A stretch of DNA of 64,000 nt. Origin: Clostridia bacterium. Lineage in GTDB: Bacteria > Bacillota > Clostridia > UMGS1883 > UMGS1540. Made by a program: the position numbers and the translations under genes. The stretch is from contig JAZSIR010000016.1 in NCBI GenBank assembly GCA_045533905.1, positions 1 through 64,000 on the forward strand, in the 5' to 3' direction. Below, piece by piece: positions 58,086-64,000 of this stretch (positions are counted from its first letter, which is position 1; each line of letters begins with the position of its first letter). The notes beneath the pieces are model-generated. The model was not told the DNA's origin and ran no database searches. It saw only the letters and a program-made list of their open reading frames with translations.

Positions 58086-59288
58086 ATGGCAAAGGAAAAA
58101 TTTGAAAGAAGTAAACCCCATGTAAACATTGGTACCATTGGTCACGTTGACCACGGCAAGACATCCTTGACCGCTGCTATCACAAAGGTTCTTGCTTTCC
58201 AGGGCAAGGCTCAGTACGAAGCATACGACATGATCGATAAGGCTCCGGAAGAAAGAGAAAGAGGTATTACCATTTCCACAGCTCACGTAGAGTACGAAAC
58301 TGACAACCGTCACTACGCTCACGTTGACTGCCCGGGCCACGCTGACTATGTTAAGAACATGATCACCGGTGCTGCTCAGATGGACGGCGCTATCCTCGTT
58401 GTTTCCGCTGCAGACGGCCCGATGCCCCAGACAAGAGAACACATCCTTCTCTCCCGTCAGGTAGGCGTTCCCTACATCGTAGTATTCCTCAACAAGAAGG
58501 ACCAGGTTGACGATCCGGAACTTCTTGAACTGGTTGAAATGGAAATTCGCGAACTCCTCAACGAGTACGAATTCCCGGGCGACGATATTCCGATCGTTGC
58601 AGGTTCCGCTCTCCAGGCTCTCGAATGCGATTCCAACGATGTAAGCGCTCCGGAATACGCTCCGATCCTCGAACTCATGGAAGCTGTTGACAGCTACATT
58701 CCGACTCCGGAAAGAAAGACAGACCTTCCGTTCCTTATGCCGGTTGAAGACGTATTCTCCATCACAGGCCGTGGTACAGTTGCTACAGGCCGTGTAGAGA
58801 GAGGTGCTCTTAAGGTTTCCGACGAAGTTGAAATCGTTGGTCTTACCGACGAAGCTCGCAAGGTTGTTGTTACCGGTATCGAAATGTTCCGCAAGCTCCT
58901 CGATCAGGCAGAAGCTGGCGATAACATCGGTGCTCTTCTCCGCGGTGTTCAGAGAAACGAAATCGAACGCGGCCAGGTTCTTGCAAAGCCGGGTTCCATC
59001 AATCCGCACACTGCATTCAAGGGCGAAGTTTACGTTCTGACCAAGGATGAAGGCGGCCGTCACACACCGTTCTTCAACAACTACAGACCGCAGTTCTACT
59101 TCAGAACAACTGACGTTACAGGTGTTGTTCAGCTGCCGGAAGGCGTTGAAATGTGCATGCCTGGCGATAACGTATCCATCTCCGTTGAGCTGATCACTCC
59201 GATCGCTATCGAAGAAGGTCTCCGCTTCGCTATCCGCGAAGGTGGCAGAACAGTTGGTTCCGGTGTTGTAAGCGCAATCAACAAATAA
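58086..59288 (+). CDS. tuf: Elongation factor Tu
   Basis: [29 protein letters not shown]. Confidence 0.99.
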   Translation: MAKEKFERSKPHVNIGTIGHVDHGKTSLTAAITKVLAFQGKAQYEAYDMIDKAPEERERGITISTAHVEYETDNRHYAHVDCPGHADYVKNMITGAAQMDGAILVVSAADGPMPQTREHILLSRQVGVPYIVVFLNKKDQVDDPELLELVEMEIRELLNEYEFPGDDIPIVAGSALQALECDSNDVSAPEYAPILELMEAVDSYIPTPERKTDLPFLMPVEDVFSITGRGTVATGRVERGALKVSDEVEIVGLTDEARKVVVTGIEMFRKLLDQAEAGDNIGALLRGVQRNEIERGQVLAKPGSINPHTAFKGEVYVLTKDEGGRHTPFFNNYRPQFYFRTTDVTGVVQLPEGVEMCMPGDNVSISVELITPIAIEEGLRFAIREGGRTVGSGVVSAINK

Positions 59289-59299
59289 GACATCTTTCC

Positions 59300-59325
59300 A
59301 AAGGGCTGCCCTATGGCAGCCCTTT
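59300..59325 (+). terminator. Terminator of tuf
   Basis: AAAGGGCTGCC-CTAT-GGCAGCCCTTT. Confidence 0.85.
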
Positions 59326-59361
59326 GTTGCTCTTTAGAAAAATGCAGGAGGGTGGATACAC

Positions 59362-59832
59362 TTGGAAAGAAGAGATAAATACAATTACTACTTGGATATT
59401 GCAGAAACCGTTATCGGCCGCGGCACATGCCTGCGCCGAAACTACGGTGCTATTATCGTAAAGAATGATGAAATCATCTCGAGCGGCTATACCGGCGCGC
59501 CGCGCGGTCGCCAAAATTGTATTGACCGTGGCACTTGTCGCAGGGAGGAGCTTTCCATCCCGAGCGGTCAGCGCTATGAGCTTTGCCGCAGTGTACATGC
59601 GGAAGCAAACGCCATAATAAGCGCATCCCGCCGCGATATGATCGGCGCGGTTTTGTACCTCGCCGGAAAAGATGCAAAAACGGGCGAACTTGTTGAAAAT
59701 GCTACTTCCTGCGCCATGTGCCGCCGCATGATTATCAATGCCGGTATTGAGCTTGTGGTGGTACGGCAGACAAAAGATAAGTACGAAATTGTAAACGTGC
59801 AGGACTGGGTGACGAATGACGAGTCCCTGTAA
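59362..59832 (+). CDS. dCMP deaminase family protein
   Basis: TCLRR.YGAII, VHAEANA, CAMC zinc ligands; TTG start. Confidence 0.88.
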   Translation: MERRDKYNYYLDIAETVIGRGTCLRRNYGAIIVKNDEIISSGYTGAPRGRQNCIDRGTCRREELSIPSGQRYELCRSVHAEANAIISASRRDMIGAVLYLAGKDAKTGELVENATSCAMCRRMIINAGIELVVVRQTKDKYEIVNVQDWVTNDESL

Positions 59833-59856
59833 CCTGTACGAATTTTCAAAAAAAGC

Positions 59857-59885
59857 TTGACTTTATCATGATAAAGTGCTACTAT
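59857..59885 (+). promoter_or_regulatory. SigA promoter containing a perfect 18-bp palindromic operator (HisR-type)
   Basis: TTGACT-17nt-TACTAT; ACTTTATCATGATAAAGT at 59860-59877. Confidence 0.75.
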
Positions 59886-59918
59886 AAAGAAGCACAATAA
59901 AGTAAAGGAGTAATGAAA

Positions 59919-60746
59919 ATGAAAAAATGGATTGCACTCGCACTTGCCCTTTGTGTAGTATTCACATTTGCGGCATGCACAAAAACAGACGTAGAAACCC
60001 CGGCTCCCTCCGCACCGGTAGCTGAAGATGCTTCCTGGGATTACATCCAGGCAAACGGAAAGCTGATTGTCGGTCTTGACGACACATTTGCTCCCATGGG
60101 CTTCCGCACAGAAGATGGTGAACTCGTTGGCTTTGATATCGACCTTGCAAATGCAGTTGGCGAAGAGCTCGGCGTTGCAGTAGAATTCAAGCCCATCGTT
60201 TGGGATGCTAAGGAAATGGAACTCGACGGCAAGAAGATTGACGTTATCTGGAACGGTATGAGCAAAACACCGGAACGCGTTGAAAAGATGAATCTTTCCA
60301 AAGCGTACTTCAATAACTCTATCGTTATTATGACAATGGCAGATAAGCCCATCGACAAGAAGGCAGACCTCGCCGGCAAGAACATCGGCACACAGGCCGC
60401 TTCTGCTGCTCTTGAAATGATTCAGGCTGACGCCATTTACGGTGACATTGCTGACGGTCTTGCAGAATATGATACCTATGATGAAGCTGTTATGGACCTT
60501 GAAGCAGGCAGACTTGATGCCGTTATCATCGACAAGGTTGCCGGTATGTACAAGGCAAACCTCAAAGCTGGTACTTTCGCATTCGCAAGTGAAGACTTCG
60601 GCGAAGACCTTTATGTAATCGGTATGCGCAAGGGCGAAGATGCTCTTACCGCAAAAATTGATGCCGCCCTCGATGCAGTAATTGCAAACGGCAAGGCAAG
60701 CGAAATCTCCACCGAATGGTTTGGTGAGGACTTAGTTCTTCGATAA
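59919..60746 (+). CDS. Polar amino acid ABC transporter substrate-binding lipoprotein
   Basis: Lipobox FAAC, GLDDTFAPMGF, GFDIDLA, WNGMS. Confidence 0.93.
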   Translation: MKKWIALALALCVVFTFAACTKTDVETPAPSAPVAEDASWDYIQANGKLIVGLDDTFAPMGFRTEDGELVGFDIDLANAVGEELGVAVEFKPIVWDAKEMELDGKKIDVIWNGMSKTPERVEKMNLSKAYFNNSIVIMTMADKPIDKKADLAGKNIGTQAASAALEMIQADAIYGDIADGLAEYDTYDEAVMDLEAGRLDAVIIDKVAGMYKANLKAGTFAFASEDFGEDLYVIGMRKGEDALTAKIDAALDAVIANGKASEISTEWFGEDLVLR

Positions 60747-60760
60747 ACAAAAGCGAGAGA

Positions 60761-60790
60761 AGGGCTGGTCGCAGAGATGCGGTCAGCCCT
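60761..60790 (+). other. Intra-operon stem-loop after SBP gene
   Basis: AGGGCTGGTCGCA-GAGA-TGCGGTCAGCCCT; typical position for differential mRNA stability or partial termination. Confidence 0.6.
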
Positions 60791-60841
60791 CTTTACTGAA
60801 AAGAAAAGGAGACGTACGCGTTTTCGGAAAAGGATTATAGA

Positions 60842-61537
60842 ATGGATTTTATTGCTGAAAACTGGGCCAATGTGGTAGAATGGTTTACATATTCGGGCAG
60901 AATTTTGCCGGCACTTTTGCGCGGTGGACGGATTACACTTTTAGTCTTTACGCTTACGCTTGTGCTGTCGCTTCCGCTCGGTCTTATTTTTGGGCTTATG
61001 CGCATTTCGAAAGTGGCACCGCTTCGGTGGTTCTCGTCGGCGTACATCTGGGTACTTCGCGGAACGCCTCTTTTGTTGCAGCTTTATTTTGTATATTACG
61101 GCCTTCCCAATATGGGTATTACCTTCAATGGCGTAACGGCGGCCGTTGTTGCCTTTACGCTGAATTATGCCGCATATTTTGCAGAAATTTACCGCGGCGG
61201 CATCGAATCGATTGACCGCGGCCAGTATGAGGCCGCAAAGGCACTCGGCTTTACAAGCAGTCAGACGATGCGGAAGATTATTATTCCGCAGACCTTAAGC
61301 CGCATCATTCCGCCCATTACAAATGAAACCATCACGCTCGTAAAAGATACGGCCCTTATTACCGCGATTAGCGTTTCGGAATTACTTCGTGCTGCCAAAG
61401 GCGCCGTAAACCGCGACCTCGATACCACGGCATTTTTGCTTGCGGCCCTTTTATATCTGTTCTTTACATTGATTCTGACCGTACTGTTCAAATCTACGGA
61501 AAAACGGTGCTCGCGTCACTTGAGGAGGGATAACTGA
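60842..61537 (+). CDS. Polar amino acid ABC transporter permease
   Basis: RGTPLLLQL, YAAYFAEIYRGG, GQYEAAKALG. Confidence 0.95.
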   Translation: MDFIAENWANVVEWFTYSGRILPALLRGGRITLLVFTLTLVLSLPLGLIFGLMRISKVAPLRWFSSAYIWVLRGTPLLLQLYFVYYGLPNMGITFNGVTAAVVAFTLNYAAYFAEIYRGGIESIDRGQYEAAKALGFTSSQTMRKIIIPQTLSRIIPPITNETITLVKDTALITAISVSELLRAAKGAVNRDLDTTAFLLAALLYLFFTLILTVLFKSTEKRCSRHLRRDN

Positions 61538-62298
61538 TGGCTATTTTGGAAGTAGAAGGTCTCAAAAAGAATTTCGGTAGCCTGAAAGTTTTAAAGGGCA
61601 TTGACTTCAAAACAGAAAAAGGACAGGTCACAGCCATTTTAGGTCCTTCCGGCAGCGGCAAGAGCACATTTATCCGTTGCCTTAACCGTCTTGAAAAAAT
61701 ATCTGCCGGTACCATTCGTATTGACGGCGAAACGCTTGCGGAAACGGTGGATGATAAAGTTATCTATGTACCGGAAAAGGAAGCGAGACGTATTTGCGGC
61801 AAAACGGGGATGGTGTTTCAAAACTTTAACCTGTTTCCGCATATGACGGTGCTCGATAATATCACCGCGGCACCGATTACCGTGCAAAAGCGCGATGCGG
61901 AAGAAGTAAGAGAGACGGCTATTTCGCTTCTCAGCCGCGTGGGCCTTTCTGAAAAGGCAAATCAGTATCCTTCTGCACTGTCCGGCGGGCAGCAGCAGCG
62001 CGTGGCGATTGCCCGTGCCCTTGCCTTAAAACCGGAGATTCTTTTCTTCGATGAGCCTACAAGCGCACTTGACCCCGAGCTTACGGGGGAAGTACTGCAT
62101 GTTATCCGTGACCTTGCCGCCGAGCATATGACGATGCTGATTGTAACGCACGAAATTGAATTTGCGCTCGGTGTTGCCGATCACGTTGTTTTTATGGACG
62201 GTGGCTACATCGTGGAAGAAGGCACGGCGGACGCACTGATCAATCATCCGCAGAACGAGCGCACGAGAGCGTTTTTAAATCGAATGAATGAGGTGTAA
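61537..62298 (+). CDS. Polar amino acid ABC transporter ATP-binding protein
   Basis: GPSGSGKST, FQNFNLFPH, LSGGQQQR, FDEPTSALDPEL. Confidence 0.95.
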   Translation: MAILEVEGLKKNFGSLKVLKGIDFKTEKGQVTAILGPSGSGKSTFIRCLNRLEKISAGTIRIDGETLAETVDDKVIYVPEKEARRICGKTGMVFQNFNLFPHMTVLDNITAAPITVQKRDAEEVRETAISLLSRVGLSEKANQYPSALSGGQQQRVAIARALALKPEILFFDEPTSALDPELTGEVLHVIRDLAAEHMTMLIVTHEIEFALGVADHVVFMDGGYIVEEGTADALINHPQNERTRAFLNRMNEV

Positions 62299-62301
62299 AC
62301 T

Positions 62302-63420
62302 ATGCACGCTTTAGGCATTGTGGCCGAATACAATCCGTTTCATACGGGGCATGCATATCATATAGAAAAAGCAAAACAAGAGACCGCGGCAGAGGGCGTT
62401 GTTGCCGTTATGAGCGGGAACTTTGTGCAGCGGGGAGAGCCTGCGATCCTGGATAAATGGACGCGGGCTTTTCGTGCTATTTCCGGTGGCGTGGATCTGG
62501 TGCTGGAGTTGCCCACCGTTTACGCGCTTTCCTCCGCAGAGGGCTTTGCCCGCGGTGCGGTGGAGACGCTTCGCAGCACCGGCGTTGTGGATACACTTTC
62601 TTTCGGTAGCGAATGCGGCGATATAGCCCTTCTTAAAAGGGCAGCCAACATCTTAGAAGAGGAGCCGCCGCACTTTCGGGAGGTCCTTCAAAAAGAGCTT
62701 CGGGAGGGTAGGTCCTATGCCGCTGCCCGCATGGTGGCACTCGCCGCGATAGATGCAGAAGCCGCAAAACTTCTTTTAGAGCCGAATAACATTTTAGGCG
62801 TTCATTATTTGCGCTTTGCAAAGGATTTGGCGGTGCATACCGTAAAAAGGGAGGGGAGCGGATATCTTGCCGAGGAGATTGAAGAAGGTTTTCCTTCTGC
62901 GATGGCGCTTCGGCAAAAACTCCTTTCGGGAGAACCTGTGGATGTATACCTAAAAAAACCAATAGATAGAGAGGAACTCCATTCGCTCGAGGACTATGCC
63001 GATCTTATTTTATATGCCGTAAAGGCTACAAACTGGCAAGCCTTTGAAACGATTCCGGACGCGGTCAAAAAACGTATTGCCTCGGCAGATACATCGAGCC
63101 TTTCTGCACTTTTAGAAAGCGCAAAAACGCGGCATATACCGATGGCAACCCTAAAACGTGCTCTTTTGCAGATTCTCCTTCAAAACACGCGCACAGCCGA
63201 AGAAAAGCCGCAGTACATCCGCGTACTAGGCTTTACTGACCGCGGACAGGAAATTTTGAAAGAAATGAAGAAGACGGCGAGCCTTCCGATTATCACAAGA
63301 CCTGCCGCGTTTTCAGAGCCTTCACCAATTTGGGAACTCGAAAACCGCGCAACCGATATATATTTTTTAGGAGCGCGTCGCGTGGGCGAAAACATCCGCC
63401 GCGCACCTGTAAAGGCCTAG
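62302..63420 (+). CDS. tmcAL: tRNA(Met) cytidine acetate ligase (TmcAL/YlbM)
   Basis: AEYNPFHTGH, MSGNFVQRGEP, PNNILG, YIRVLGF. Confidence 0.9.
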   Translation: MHALGIVAEYNPFHTGHAYHIEKAKQETAAEGVVAVMSGNFVQRGEPAILDKWTRAFRAISGGVDLVLELPTVYALSSAEGFARGAVETLRSTGVVDTLSFGSECGDIALLKRAANILEEEPPHFREVLQKELREGRSYAAARMVALAAIDAEAAKLLLEPNNILGVHYLRFAKDLAVHTVKREGSGYLAEEIEEGFPSAMALRQKLLSGEPVDVYLKKPIDREELHSLEDYADLILYAVKATNWQAFETIPDAVKKRIASADTSSLSALLESAKTRHIPMATLKRALLQILLQNTRTAEEKPQYIRVLGFTDRGQEILKEMKKTASLPIITRPAAFSEPSPIWELENRATDIYFLGARRVGENIRRAPVKA

Positions 63421-63430
63421 AAAAAAATAA

Positions 63431-63459
63431 TTGCAATTTATGCAAAAATATGCTATACT
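63431..63459 (+). promoter_or_regulatory. SigA promoter of metY
   Basis: TTGCAA-17nt-TATACT with extended TG. Confidence 0.7.
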
Positions 63460-63496
63460 GTAAAAGAATTTTACCTTATACTGTGGAGGGATAAAC

Positions 63497-64000
63497 ATGA
63501 AAGATGAAACAAAATGCCTGCATGCAGGGTACACCCCGAAAAACGCGGAACCGCGTGTGGTACCGATTGTGCAGAGCACAACATATGTATATGATTCTAC
63601 CGCGGACGTGGCGGCTGTATTTGATGACCCGACAAAGTCCCTCATCTATTCCCGCTTTGCAAACCCCACCGTTATGGCAGTAGAAGAAAAAATTGCGGCG
63701 CTGGAGGGCGGCGTAGGTGCAATGTGCACCTCGTCCGGTCAGGCGGCCACACTTCTTTCTATCCTCAATATTTGTCAGGCAGGCGATAGCTTTATAAGCC
63801 TTTCTGAGGTGTACGGCGGCACAGTAAACCTCTTTGCCGTAACACTCAAGAAACTCGGCATTGAGTGCATTTTTGTGGATAAGAACGCTACCGACGAAGA
63901 ACTCGAGAACGCTTTTAAAGAAAATACGAAGGCCGTTTTCGGCGAAACGATTGCAAACCCCGCACTTTCTGTTTTGGATATCGAGCGCTTTGCAAAGTTT
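63497..64000 (+). CDS. metY: O-acetylhomoserine aminocarboxypropyltransferase (partial, runs off window)
   Basis: Manual translation: MKDETKCLHAGY, PIVQSTTY, YSRFANPT, AALEGG, SSGQAA, VYGGT, ETIANP; absent from ORF track (no stop in window). Confidence 0.9.
   Translation, partial: MKDETKCLHAGYTPKNAEPRVVPIVQSTTYVYDSTADVAAVFDDPTKSLIYSRFANPTVMAVEEKIAALEGGVGAMCTSSGQAATLLSILNICQAGDSFISLSEVYGGTVNLFAVTLKKLGIECIFVDKNATDEELENAFKENTKAVFGETIANPALSVLDIERFAKF

Noticed and set aside
55882-59063. Long antisense ORFs (683 aa and 376 aa) opposite fusA and tuf
   Set aside because: Shadow ORFs expected from strong codon bias in highly expressed genes; no recognisable motifs.
63421-63496. SAM riboswitch or T-box before metY
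   Set aside because: Promoter sits ~40 nt from the start codon; no room or motifs.

Overview
Chromosomal segment of a spore-forming Clostridia-class Firmicute (roughly 50% GC by eye; Oscillospirales-like gene content, inferred). The right half is mostly housekeeping: prs, trmFO, topA, uvrC, ptsH, rpmF, purE-purF-purM, sigK, mutY, rpoB-rpoC, the str operon (L7Ae-like, rpsL, rpsG, fusA, tuf), a polar amino-acid ABC transporter, tmcAL and a partial metY. The left ~14 kb is accessory catabolism around a tRNA cluster (Trp, Ala, Thr). It holds (i) an AraC-regulated operon of Gfo/Idh/MocA dehydrogenase, HpcH aldolase, a cytoplasmic subclass-B3-like metallo-hydrolase, an Ldh_2-family and a D-2-hydroxyacid dehydrogenase, and (ii) a NanA/DapA-like aldolase, D-lyxose-type isomerase, PfkB kinase, AraC, archaeal-type TIM paralog, SIS isomerase and YjbQ locus of unknown substrate. 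Non-coding features of note are a 49-nt T-arm-less tRNA-Trp-like element with structure-preserving substitutions, a hairpin pairing the sigK promoter region with its own RBS, a perfect HisR-type palindrome in the amino-acid ABC promoter, a SigH-type promoter on ppdK and a long structured rpsL-rpsG spacer. I saw no integrase, transposase, prophage or CRISPR array. All family assignments come from motif recognition by eye, not database searches.
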